In this document: in pieces, positions 16,428-24,463 of the stretch
How the letters are laid out: every line of letters begins with the position of its first letter
How positions within the stretch are numbered: position 1 is the first letter of the stretch
Source: a virus
Lineage: Duplodnaviria > Caudoviricetes
Strand: one strand, 5' to 3'
IMG/VR virus record: IMGVR_UViG_3300032330_000882
Coordinates: 1 to 25,128 of that record
Length of the DNA stretch: 25,128 bases
Notes under the pieces: model-generated
Seen by the model: only the letters and a program-made list of their open reading frames with translations
The model's database searches: none
What the model was told of the DNA's origin: nothing
Translations under genes and position numbers: made by a program

Positions 16428-16918
16428 TGGCCAGATTTGATTTGGACTCGTACGAGACGGTAGATAGCCGTATAAAGCGTTTCATGGCTGACTGGCCTAA
16501 TGCTCGTCTATTGACCGAGATTGTTGATGCTCAGGGCGAACCTGGCAAGACCCGTTGGATTGTGAAGGCTAGCCTTTGGCGCGAACGCACCGATGGCGAA
16601 CCGGATGCTACTGGATTTGCTTTTGAGGTTGATGGATCAGGAATGGCCAACCAAACCTCGGCTCTTGAAAACGCTGAATCGTCAGCTCGTGGCCGAGCAT
16701 TACAGGCTCTCGGCTATACCGGTGCTAAATCACCTAGCCGTGAAGAAATGGAAAAGGTTGCCCGTTCTAGGGATTGGCTAGGCGAGGCTGATGCTCTAGC
16801 TCTTGTCTACAATGTCGAGGGTTTGCGACTACTTTACGCAGATGCTGTGGCGGCCAAAGTAGATAAAGAAACATTGGCTAAAATCAAAGACTATGGAACT
16901 AACGCTGCAAAACCGTAG
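16427..16918 (+). CDS. Putative single-strand annealing protein (Rad52/Sak-like)
   Basis: YETVDSRI..ALENAESSARGRAL..SREEM motif; downstream of exonuclease; TAATG start. Confidence 0.6.
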   Translation: MARFDLDSYETVDSRIKRFMADWPNARLLTEIVDAQGEPGKTRWIVKASLWRERTDGEPDATGFAFEVDGSGMANQTSALENAESSARGRALQALGYTGAKSPSREEMEKVARSRDWLGEADALALVYNVEGLRLLYADAVAAKVDKETLAKIKDYGTNAAKP

Positions 16919-17096
16919 GATTTTGATGGCTTCGATGCTTGAATTGCAACAGGCCATTGATGAAGCGTATTTGCGGTCTGACTTGTCTTCGATGGCTAGT
17001 CTTATTCAGTTACAGAATGAAAGGGTGAATCGTCTTGACAATTTTGACACCAGATTTGGTGAACGCGGAACTGCAACGGATAATTCAGGAGAGTAG
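16893..17096 (+). CDS. Hypothetical protein
   Basis: 67-aa ORF bridging neighbours in a tightly packed operon. Confidence 0.5.
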   Translation: MELTLQNRRILMASMLELQQAIDEAYLRSDLSSMASLIQLQNERVNRLDNFDTRFGERGTATDNSGE

Positions 17097-17373
17097 CAAA
17101 GCACCTCAAGCCATTTATGAGGCTGAGAAGAAATTGGCTGAGGCTGAGTTTGCTTATGAGCGTGAGAAGGCTTTGCAGTTTATGAACGCTGAGGGTACGG
17201 TTGCTGATCGTGAAGCATTATCTAAGTTTCAGTCTTCTGAGCTGCGTTTGGCCGCTGACATTGCTAAGGCTGAACTTAACCGTGTACGGTCTAAGGCTAA
17301 ACAGTTGGCTGATGCCGGTATTTTGACTGCGACTTTGGCTAAGTCTGTTGAGATGACTTATCGCAATGGGTAA
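17035..17373 (+). CDS. Coiled-coil hypothetical protein (possible recombination mediator)
   Basis: Helical, GTVADREA motif; start uncertain. Confidence 0.65.
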   Translation: MTILTPDLVNAELQRIIQESSKAPQAIYEAEKKLAEAEFAYEREKALQFMNAEGTVADREALSKFQSSELRLAADIAKAELNRVRSKAKQLADAGILTATLAKSVEMTYRNG

Positions 17374-17491
17374 GCGTGTCTGGTTTATTTGGTGTGACCG
17401 TTGTGAGTACGGTGGGATTAGGCGTGGGCGGTTTGGTTTGTTCAAGTGTCGTATGGGTAAGCATTTTGTCAAGTCGAAAATTTGGACATGA
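17366..17491 (+). CDS. 41-aa Cys-containing protein, not in ORF track
   Basis: MGKRVWFIWCDRCEYGGIRRGRFGLFKCRMGKHFVKSKIWT; fills the gap, ATGA overlap with next gene. Confidence 0.55.
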   Translation: MGKRVWFIWCDRCEYGGIRRGRFGLFKCRMGKHFVKSKIWT

Positions 17492-17700
17492 CTATTAGCG
17501 AAACTTGTGGCAACTGTGGGTCTTCTTTTGAGATTGACCGCACTGATGAAGTTACACTTTGGCGTGATTGGCAACGCAATCATTTATGTAAGACCACCGA
17601 AAAGGCAGAGTTTTTTAGTTCGCCTAACACGGTAGTTGAACAGTCTGAATCGAAACTTGGTTTTACTCGTAGCACTCAGTTTGATGATCCAGATGAATAG
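17488..17700 (+). CDS. Small zinc-binding hypothetical protein
   Basis: ETCGNCG..W..W..HLC; ATG 17488. Confidence 0.65.
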   Translation: MTISETCGNCGSSFEIDRTDEVTLWRDWQRNHLCKTTEKAEFFSSPNTVVEQSESKLGFTRSTQFDDPDE

Positions 17701-18046
17701 GGCAACATTCGCTAAGTATCTGGAACGGGATAAACGCTGTTGGCATTGTGGGTCTGATGGCGATGACCTGATTCCGCATCACAGGGCTAATCGTGGGCAT
17801 GGTGGGGCTGGAAAACAGTCAATACTGAATCAGCCGTCAAACATTATCCTGATGTGCAGTCAGGCTAATTTCCTGATGGAGCATGATGCCGAGTTTGCAG
17901 CTCGTGCCAGGTTGTTTGGTTGGAAGATAAGCAGATACGCTGACCCTGCTACTGAACCTGTCTATGATTTGAACAAAGCTGTTTATTGTATTTTGACAAA
18001 CGACTTTGTACGAGTAGAGTTACACAACTACCGAGGAACTGCATAA
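17693..18046 (+). CDS. HNH-like nuclease (recombination-module type)
   Basis: RDKRCWHCG..PHHRANRG..SNIILMCSQAN; ATG 17693. Confidence 0.75.
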   Translation: MNRATFAKYLERDKRCWHCGSDGDDLIPHHRANRGHGGAGKQSILNQPSNIILMCSQANFLMEHDAEFAARARLFGWKISRYADPATEPVYDLNKAVYCILTNDFVRVELHNYRGTA

Positions 18047-18048
18047 GG

Positions 18049-18162
18049 TAGAATTGAAAGAAGAACGGCCACAGTGCATGGAAACCCTGTGACCGCTCAA
18101 AACCAGTAAATGAGCTACTGGCAACAACAAGTTTATATGTTGCCGGAGAAAGATGGCAACAA
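18049..18162 (+). promoter_or_regulatory. Promoter and structured leader of GIY-YIG/replication operon
   Basis: TAGAAT 18049-18054; TGTTGCC 18138-18144 can pair with GGCAACA at 18120-18126 or 18155-18161. Confidence 0.6.
18056..18122 (-). ncRNA. Predicted cis-antisense (countertranscript) RNA
   Basis: Minus promoter TTGCCA (18159-18154) - 18 nt - TAAACT (18135-18130); hairpin CCAGTA/TACTGG; 12-bp terminator stem GAGCGGTCACAG/CTGTGGCCGTTC, fully paired only on this strand, followed by TTCTTTC. Confidence 0.6.
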
Positions 18163-18782
18163 TGGAAAATACTGTTTTATACCGCTATTTTGATAGCGAT
18201 AATCGACTTCTTTATGTCGGAATCACAAAAAATCAAAGTCGGCGATTTTCGCAACATAATCATAAAGCTCAATGGATAGATCTGATTCATACTGCTACTT
18301 TTCAGCACTTCAAAACTAGGGAAGAAGCCTTTTTTGCTGAGGCTCAAGCGATCAAAAATGAAAAGCCTTTATACAACATTGCCGGAAATGAAAAGGCCAT
18401 TGTTGGTAACTATTCGTTTGTTTCAAATGACCATTTTCTAAGAATGTTCTGCAATTCCGCTGATCAACAAGATGAATTGCATGAGGAATTTTGTTGTGAA
18501 ATACAGCGAGGGATTGCTTGGCGTGATGCTGATAAAGAACTAAGATTAGGCTCTATCCTTACTGGAACTGAATATATAGCCTTATCCATGAAGCTGGCGA
18601 TGGATGAATGGGATTATCCAAATGTTACTCAATGTCCTGAATGTGTCGAAATCTTTGCATCGGGACAATTCAAGGCGGAATGTATTTCAGGTTTGACTGA
18701 AATTGAAATGGCAAAAAACCCAGGTGTGGATTTATTAGATACATGGAAAAAAATTGAACTTGGAGATGGGTGGAATAACTAA
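18153..18782 (+). CDS. GIY-YIG domain protein
   Basis: LYRYFDSDNRLLYVGIT..RFSQH..AEAQAIKNEKPLYN; unrecognised C-terminal half. Confidence 0.85.
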   Translation: MATMENTVLYRYFDSDNRLLYVGITKNQSRRFSQHNHKAQWIDLIHTATFQHFKTREEAFFAEAQAIKNEKPLYNIAGNEKAIVGNYSFVSNDHFLRMFCNSADQQDELHEEFCCEIQRGIAWRDADKELRLGSILTGTEYIALSMKLAMDEWDYPNVTQCPECVEIFASGQFKAECISGLTEIEMAKNPGVDLLDTWKKIELGDGWNN

Positions 18783-19474
18783 TGAGTTTCGGAGCATCAG
18801 CCGTTGCCTGGCATCACTCAAAAGCCACTGGCACAGATTTATTAGTTTTGATGGCGATTGCCAATTACATCAGCGATGATGGTGCATGGCCAAAAGTAGA
18901 AACAATCGCTCAAGATGCTCGAACGAGTGTTAGACAAGCTCACCGATCAATAAACAGCCTGAAGGCTTTAGGTGAGATTGATTGGGTACAGAAAGCCGGT
19001 AAAGGTCGCGGCGTTTACAAGTCAAACCTCTATGTATTTCTTTTGAAGTGTCCGCCAGAATGTCAGGGTGACTGGAATCATACCTGCCAAGATGTCACCT
19101 CCAGACCTGACAATTTGTCACCTCTAGACATGACACACACGGCAGACAAACCTATTACTCAACCAGTCATTGAAAAAGTTACATATATGAAAAAAGAACA
19201 AACTAAAAATGAACTGGAATTTGAAATCTTTTGGAAGCAATACCCTCGCAAGGAAGGCAAACCAAAAGCGAACCGTGAATACCTGAAACTGGCTAACGAG
19301 CTAGGCACTGATTACCTTATGCAGCAACTCCTTATTTGGCTAAGTCATCCGAGCAAGAAAGACCGCACCTACTGGCCACACGCTGAGAGGTGGCTTCGTG
19401 ATCGGCGGTTTGATGATGAACTGCCAAGTGCCAGCGGAATGGATAAGTCAAAGATTTTGGGGTGGTTTGAATAA
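18782..19474 (+). CDS. Replication initiator (N-terminal winged HTH)
   Basis: LVLMAIANY..AWPKVETIA..SVRQAHRSINSL..SNLY; C-terminal FEIFWKQYPRK..HAERWL..RFDDE; upstream of DnaB. Confidence 0.85.
   Translation: MSFGASAVAWHHSKATGTDLLVLMAIANYISDDGAWPKVETIAQDARTSVRQAHRSINSLKALGEIDWVQKAGKGRGVYKSNLYVFLLKCPPECQGDWNHTCQDVTSRPDNLSPLDMTHTADKPITQPVIEKVTYMKKEQTKNELEFEIFWKQYPRKEGKPKANREYLKLANELGTDYLMQQLLIWLSHPSKKDRTYWPHAERWLRDRRFDDELPSASGMDKSKILGWFE
19053..19215 (+). repeat. Putative replication origin: iterons plus A-rich tract within initiator gene
   Basis: 23-bp tandem repeats at 19082 and 19105 with degenerate copies at 19053 and 19128, core TG(A/C)CA-N3-TGTCA; A-rich 19170-19215. Confidence 0.7.
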
Positions 19475-20106
19475 TGACAGCATCATTCAATTTGGGCAAA
19501 TTTGACTGCTCTACTGGATACTCAAACACTTTGTATGTGTCAGGTGACTTGAAAGTTCGTACGGCCACAGAAAAAGATAAAACATTTATTGACAAATTAC
19601 AGAAAGATAATTCTTACGCTGTTGGATTTATTCAATCTACCGTTTGGGATAAATATGTTTTTGGTGGTGAACGCAATTTTGTTGTCTTTATCTGCGAAAA
19701 GAATGATGACATGGTTGGGTATGTTTTGCTTACACCTGGGCGTGGGCCATACACATATGCGAAAGTTCAACAAATCGCAGTTCGTGAAGATGCTCGCCGC
19801 CTAGATTATGGCTCAGCTCTAATCGCAGTAGTTAGAGATTTTTGCAATACATTTACTCGTATTGGAGTAACTCTTAGATGCCGTATTGATTTGGAATCAA
19901 ATAAATTTTGGCGAGCATTGGGGTTTCACCTATACGGTGTTTGGGAAAAGGGAAAAGTAAACCATGTTGGCTTCAAGGCCTCAAACGATATCAATCTCTG
20001 GCGTATTGACCTGAATGACACCATTTTGACATTATTTGAAACTACTGAATTAGAAAATGGCCTATGGCTAGAATCTGAAAAGCCAAAGACTGAGGAATCT
20101 AAATGA
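19474..20106 (+). CDS. GNAT-family N-acetyltransferase
   Basis: QIAVREDARRLDYGSALI (motif A) and SNKFWRALGF (motif B). Confidence 0.85.
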   Translation: MTASFNLGKFDCSTGYSNTLYVSGDLKVRTATEKDKTFIDKLQKDNSYAVGFIQSTVWDKYVFGGERNFVVFICEKNDDMVGYVLLTPGRGPYTYAKVQQIAVREDARRLDYGSALIAVVRDFCNTFTRIGVTLRCRIDLESNKFWRALGFHLYGVWEKGKVNHVGFKASNDINLWRIDLNDTILTLFETTELENGLWLESEKPKTEESK

Positions 20107-21350
20107 GTTACCAGACAAACGCTGAAAAGGCCGTTATTGGGTCAATTCTTATCAGCCGAGGCGATTACCTAGATGACACCAAACTGATACCAGATGATTT
20201 CGTAAACAGTACCGAATCCGCACTATTCCGTGTCTTGCTCGACATGAGGCGTAGCGGTGAGGGCATTGATGAAATGACTTTGGGTGCGAAACTGCCTGAG
20301 CATCAAGTTTTTATTTGGGAATGTTCTAGTGAAACACCTTCAGCCGGTAACGCTAGTTTCTATGAGCAGTTGATTCTTGACCGTAACGCTCGTTCAGTCA
20401 TGTCAGGCGTTGGGCTTATGTTGCACGATGCAGCTAGTCAGCCTGATTCTGATGTGGACAAGGTTGTAGATAATGCGCGTGTACAGATTGACCGTGTTGC
20501 TGAGAAACGCTTAGTGCAGGGCGTGGACTTTATTAGCGACCTGATTTTTGAGGCCGTAGACCACCTAAACAGTGAACCTGATTTTATTAGTTCGCAATGG
20601 TCAAGCCTGAATGAGTACATTGGTGGGTTTAGACCTGGTGCTTTGTACATCATCGGTGCTAGACCGGCGGTAGGTAAATCTGTCGTGGCAGTGAATATGG
20701 CTTATGGTTTGGCAGCTAAAGGCGCGGTTTCTTTTCACAGCCTTGAAATGTCAAAGCGTGAAATCGTGAATCGTATTTTTGCGAGTGAAGCCAGCGTGAG
20801 CATGGATCACATTGAAAAGCGACAACTTACTCAGCTTGACTGGGAGCGTATCGCGACTAATCGTGAAACTATTTCGGCTAGGCATATTGCTATTGCAGAT
20901 AAATCTGGACAGACACTGAACGACATTCGAGCCTATTCACGGCAGGTGAGCCGTAAACAGCCTTTGGCGGCTATTGTGGTGGACTATCTACAACTAATGC
21001 AGGATACGGAACGTGGGCGTTCTAGGTATGAATCAGTAACGGCAATCTCTAACGGCTTGAAGATTTTGGCTCGTGACCTAGATGTGCCAGTAATCGCGTT
21101 AGCTCAGTTGAACCGTGCCGTGGAAAATCGCAAAGAATCAGCTCCTGGGTTGTCTGACTTGCGTGATTCGGGTGCTATCGAACAGGATGCCGATGTTGTG
21201 ATTCTGCTACACCGCGAAGCCGGTCTAGGCGATTTCGGGGATGAACGGTCAAAAATGATTCTTCATGTGGCCAAGAATCGCCACGGAAAAACAGGAATGT
21301 TGGCACTCCGCTTCGAAGGATTGTTTGCACGAGTAGTGGAAAACCACTAA
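20103..21350 (+). CDS. dnaB: Replicative DNA helicase
   Basis: GARPAVGKS, SLEMS, VVDYLQLM, LAQLNR, DLRDSGAIEQDAD, AKNRHG. Confidence 0.97.
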   Translation: MSYQTNAEKAVIGSILISRGDYLDDTKLIPDDFVNSTESALFRVLLDMRRSGEGIDEMTLGAKLPEHQVFIWECSSETPSAGNASFYEQLILDRNARSVMSGVGLMLHDAASQPDSDVDKVVDNARVQIDRVAEKRLVQGVDFISDLIFEAVDHLNSEPDFISSQWSSLNEYIGGFRPGALYIIGARPAVGKSVVAVNMAYGLAAKGAVSFHSLEMSKREIVNRIFASEASVSMDHIEKRQLTQLDWERIATNRETISARHIAIADKSGQTLNDIRAYSRQVSRKQPLAAIVVDYLQLMQDTERGRSRYESVTAISNGLKILARDLDVPVIALAQLNRAVENRKESAPGLSDLRDSGAIEQDADVVILLHREAGLGDFGDERSKMILHVAKNRHGKTGMLALRFEGLFARVVENH

Positions 21351-21360
21351 TGTCGAACTT

Positions 21361-21627
21361 GTGGAAGATAACCAAGTGCAATGCAAAAGATGCAGTCTCA
21401 TCTGGGTTGTCGCTCCTAAAAAACGCAAGTCAGCCGAATACTGTTCGAGTTGCCGTGCAAAACCTGCTAAGTCAGTCAAATACGATGGCGAAGCGTGTAT
21501 CCCACATCATGGGGCATTTGACCGGCATGACCGGCCTGTGGTTGATGGTGTGTTGTATCTACCTGGTGAGCGTACTTGTGGTCATTCTGACTGTATTCGC
21601 GCTGATCATGTGGTGGGTAGTAAATGA
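21361..21627 (+). CDS. Cys/His-rich zinc-binding hypothetical protein
   Basis: CKRC, CSSC, PGERTCGHSDCI..H; TAATGT 7 nt before GTG (leaderless). Confidence 0.75.
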   Translation: MEDNQVQCKRCSLIWVVAPKKRKSAEYCSSCRAKPAKSVKYDGEACIPHHGAFDRHDRPVVDGVLYLPGERTCGHSDCIRADHVVGSK

Positions 21628-21676
21628 ATTGTCGGTAGCCGCCGATAAATTGAAAAGAACTCTGAAAGGGTAGAAA

Positions 21677-22054
21677 ATGGCTAAAAATCTAGTAGTTACA
21701 TTGTCAGGCTATGTGCAAGACATTAAGCAAACCAAGAACGGCAGCGACTATGCCGTCATCAAGGTGGATAAGAAGAAGAAGGAAGGCGATCAGTGGGTTG
21801 TTGCTGAAAAGCACTACTTCAGCATCATTCTGGAAGCCGGTCATAACATCAGCAAGGATGACTTGTATGAGGTCACTGGTGAACTTGACATTAGCAAGTG
21901 GAATGATGACAAGGGCAATGAAAAGGTTTCGTTCTGGGTGAAGAAGTCACAGTGGAAGAAACTAGCTACCGTGCAGAAGCAAGACACTATTAAGAATGGT
22001 TGGGCTGCTCAGGCTGAAGAAGTCTTGGCTGACTTTGGGGCTACGCCGTTCTAA
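21677..22054 (+). CDS. ssb: Single-stranded DNA-binding protein
   Basis: OB-fold-like pattern (V.GEL..SKW.D..G.EK), acidic tail ending PF; RBS GAAAGGG. Confidence 0.75.
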   Translation: MAKNLVVTLSGYVQDIKQTKNGSDYAVIKVDKKKKEGDQWVVAEKHYFSIILEAGHNISKDDLYEVTGELDISKWNDDKGNEKVSFWVKKSQWKKLATVQKQDTIKNGWAAQAEEVLADFGATPF

Positions 22055-22221
22055 TGGTTGGTAAATTCTTTGCTTCTGTATTGCAGTTTTTTGTAATCTA
22101 TGTCTTATGGGCTTATGCAGATGCCACAACCAATCCGTTCATATTGAGGGCTTTGGCACTTTTTGTAATGGTGTTTCAACTGGTGGCATTGGTGAAGTTG
22201 TGGACAAAGAACTTCAAATAA
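22054..22221 (+). CDS. 55-aa two-TM membrane protein, not in ORF track
   Basis: MVGKFFASVLQFFVIYVLWAYADATTNPFILRALALFVMVFQLVALVKLWTKNFK; TAATG coupling. Confidence 0.65.
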   Translation: MVGKFFASVLQFFVIYVLWAYADATTNPFILRALALFVMVFQLVALVKLWTKNFK

Positions 22222-22649
22222 AGTCGGAGCAGCGTCAGAGGTTGCTGGTTGTCGTTGAAGGGCGGCCAGCACCTCAAGGCTCTAAGTCTTACCGTGGCAA
22301 TAATCGGTTTGTTGAAGCCAGCAAGTATCTTCCTGCTTGGCGATCAGCAATTGTGTTGGCTATCAAGCGTGAGATTGAAGAATCACAAACACTGAGCAAG
22401 TTCGACAGCCCTGTAAAGGTCAGCATTGATTTTTTCATTGAGCGACCTAAAAACCCTAAGTGGGCTTACCCTGCGACTACTCCTGATCTGGATAAGCTGG
22501 TGCGTGGCGTATTCGACAGCATCACCCAATCAGGCGTTTGGACTGATGACTGCTTAGTAGTCCAGTTACAGGCTCGTGAGGTCTGGACAGGCACAAGCAC
22601 CGATTCTTACCCGTTACCAGGGGCAAGAATCTACATTGAGCGTTTATAA
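22200..22649 (+). CDS. rusA: RusA-family Holliday junction resolvase
   Basis: GRPAPQGSK, PDLDKLVRGVFDSIT, WTDDCLVV; start GTG 22200 approximate. Confidence 0.9.
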   Translation: MDKELQIKSEQRQRLLVVVEGRPAPQGSKSYRGNNRFVEASKYLPAWRSAIVLAIKREIEESQTLSKFDSPVKVSIDFFIERPKNPKWAYPATTPDLDKLVRGVFDSITQSGVWTDDCLVVQLQAREVWTGTSTDSYPLPGARIYIERL

Positions 22650-22757
22650 CGGCTTTATAACAAGGCGCGACACGCCAAAGAAATCCCTTGCCTAAACCCT
22701 TGACTATCCCATAATCTGTACTTATCGGATTAGAGAACCGATAGGAAAAGGGAAAAA
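22646..22757 (+). promoter_or_regulatory. Putative early promoter with upstream operator-like motifs and leader hairpin
   Basis: ATAAC-N6-ATAAC (22646, 22657); GCGACACGCC (22667-22676); TTGCCT 22688 / TTGACT 22700; CATAAT 22710-22715; hairpin 22721-22745; RBS GAAAAGGG. Confidence 0.65.
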
Positions 22758-22997
22758 ATGTCAAAGTTTCAAATCGGCGAAAAAGTCGAATTTCACACTA
22801 ACCACAACTACGAAACAAACTGTGCCATTTGCGCAAAGCCATTGGGTGCAAACTTCAAGGAAATCCTTATCGGTGATGGCAACATTTTGCTTACAGCTGA
22901 TCAGTACGAAGAATCATCTGTAAACGGTGGTTTTGTTTACACTGCTCCAATTGGTAGCAGTTGTGTAAAAGATTTTCCAGCTGAGGTGGTTGCGTAA
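22758..22997 (+). CDS. Small Cys-containing hypothetical protein
   Basis: CAICAKPL..PIGSSC; strong RBS. Confidence 0.8.
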   Translation: MSKFQIGEKVEFHTNHNYETNCAICAKPLGANFKEILIGDGNILLTADQYEESSVNGGFVYTAPIGSSCVKDFPAEVVA

Positions 22998-23155
22998 TGA
23001 AAAATCTAATCATTGCCGGACTATTCATCGGCGTACTATTTGCAGCTGACTACCTACAACTACACGGCTACGCTAAATGGATTGGTGTGGCTTATGTCGT
23101 AATCGGCGGCACTTACTTTATCCGTTACATCATCAAGGCGGTTCGCCGTGGATAG
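22997..23155 (+). CDS. 52-aa membrane protein, not in ORF track
   Basis: MKNLIIAGLFIGVLFAADYLQLHGYAKWIGVAYVVIGGTYFIRYIIKAVRRG; TAATG coupling. Confidence 0.7.
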   Translation: MKNLIIAGLFIGVLFAADYLQLHGYAKWIGVAYVVIGGTYFIRYIIKAVRRG

Positions 23156-23351
23156 CACAACATTCACTATAGATCAGGTCACACTTATTCTGAAGACGGC
23201 TCAAGAACTCGCATACGAGCAGGGCAAGAATTACGCTCAAAACAAAATCGGTGACTACCTGGAACGCTTGGCAGATTATCCGTGCCTAAAACCTAATTGG
23301 TCACAAATCGCTTTGGACATTCGAGAGGGCAACCATGTCTACAATTCTTGA
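23148..23351 (+). CDS. Hypothetical protein
   Basis: 67 aa, overlaps neighbours. Confidence 0.7.
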   Translation: MDSTTFTIDQVTLILKTAQELAYEQGKNYAQNKIGDYLERLADYPCLKPNWSQIALDIREGNHVYNS

Positions 23352-23604
23352 TTTGTCAAAACCGGAAATTGAACGGGCTTACAAACTTGGCATCAAAGCC
23401 GGTGAGGTTGTGGCTGTCAAAGCTCGACAAGAAGCCACCGCAAAAGAACGAAACCGAATTGTGAGGATGCTGGACTTTTTGGCTCGCCGCGAAAACAGAC
23501 GGCATCATTACGCAAGTGAACGAATGTACCGCGAACTAATCGTGGCTATTGAATCTGAAGTGAATGTATTTGAAAAGGCAATGACGGAGTTGGACAATGA
23601 ATAA
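23335..23604 (+). CDS. Hypothetical protein (ERxRI motif)
   Basis: RBS GAGAGG; AYKLG..ERNRIV. Confidence 0.75.
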   Translation: MSTILDLSKPEIERAYKLGIKAGEVVAVKARQEATAKERNRIVRMLDFLARRENRRHHYASERMYRELIVAIESEVNVFEKAMTELDNE

Positions 23605-24019
23605 TCCTGATATCAAAAAGCAAATTGACCCTGCATGGTTTCTACCTGCACCTAACCAAGACCCGTACACTAAAGGCTTTTATGCTGGCCGTGACTACGA
23701 GCAGAACCGTATTCTGGCAATCCTAGAAGACTGGACACTAAACGCTCAGTGGACTTGGGCTGACATTTATACAGCCATCCACGAGGGTTTGGAAAAGTCT
23801 GTTACGACTATCAGCAAGCAGTCACTCGAAGCCACCATTTTTGACAAGGTGAACCAGGAGCGTGAACGCATCATTGACAACATCCGTATCGCTCTAACAA
23901 ACCAGTACGGTTCAGCTCTTGACGGCAACCACAACCCAGTCATTGATCCGATACTGGCCACAGTGAAAGAAGCGATTTATGGACAAGTTGCTGACAATAG
24001 TGACAATCTTCACAGTTAG
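23597..24019 (+). CDS. Hypothetical protein (two ERxRI-like motifs)
   Basis: RBS GGAG; EQNRIL and ERERII. Confidence 0.75.
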   Translation: MNNPDIKKQIDPAWFLPAPNQDPYTKGFYAGRDYEQNRILAILEDWTLNAQWTWADIYTAIHEGLEKSVTTISKQSLEATIFDKVNQERERIIDNIRIALTNQYGSALDGNHNPVIDPILATVKEAIYGQVADNSDNLHS

Positions 24020-24032
24020 TACGACAGTGGTT

Positions 24033-24254
24033 ATGGCTTTGAAAGAACAAGATGAACATTGGCGTACAGTCTGCCCTAAGTGTGGGGTTGAGGGTGCTTA
24101 CAGCACTAGGACTATTGATAAGCGTAAAACTCGCGGAGTAGAGGAACACGAGTTGTTTTTGTGTAAAGACTGCAAGCCGTATAAGTTGCGTAAGGGCAAG
24201 ATTACTCCTGAAGAAGTTTGGGAAGCGTACAAGAAGGAAATGGGCATCAAATGA
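24033..24254 (+). CDS. Zinc-ribbon hypothetical protein
   Basis: CPKC..CKDC; start taken at ATG 24033. Confidence 0.65.
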   Translation: MALKEQDEHWRTVCPKCGVEGAYSTRTIDKRKTRGVEEHELFLCKDCKPYKLRKGKITPEEVWEAYKKEMGIK

Positions 24255-24463
24255 GCCATAACAGCGAAAAGTTGTTTATGTCCAACTATCAGCAGTTATC
24301 GGCAGCAGCTAACCTATTGGCTGATAACAACCTGGTATGGGATGCTGACTTGGAAACTATCCGCAAACACTTAGCAGCGTGGCTACTCGATGAAGCACGA
24401 TCAGCCAACTACGCTTCAGTCCATGCTTTGAAATTGGCTAAAGCACTAACAAAGGGAAACTAA
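24251..24463 (+). CDS. Hypothetical protein
   Basis: ATGA overlap with upstream gene, TAATG with downstream gene. Confidence 0.7.
   Translation: MSHNSEKLFMSNYQQLSAAANLLADNNLVWDADLETIRKHLAAWLLDEARSANYASVHALKLAKALTKGN

Noticed and set aside
18056-18125. tRNA, riboswitch or self-cleaving ribozyme
   Set aside because: No cloverleaf or catalytic core recognisable by eye; an Rfam scan is still needed to exclude this formally
19082-19150. CRISPR mini-array
   Set aside because: Repeats are contiguous without spacers and lie inside the initiator; they fit iterons
21350-21673. 107-aa ORF overlapping 21361..21627
   Set aside because: The alternative frame has coherent Cys/His motifs and a leaderless promoter; this frame has no recognisable features despite its TAATG overlap
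22107-22199. Long N-terminus of RusA
   Set aside because: Overlaps a coupled 55-aa membrane ORF; the RusA domain begins later
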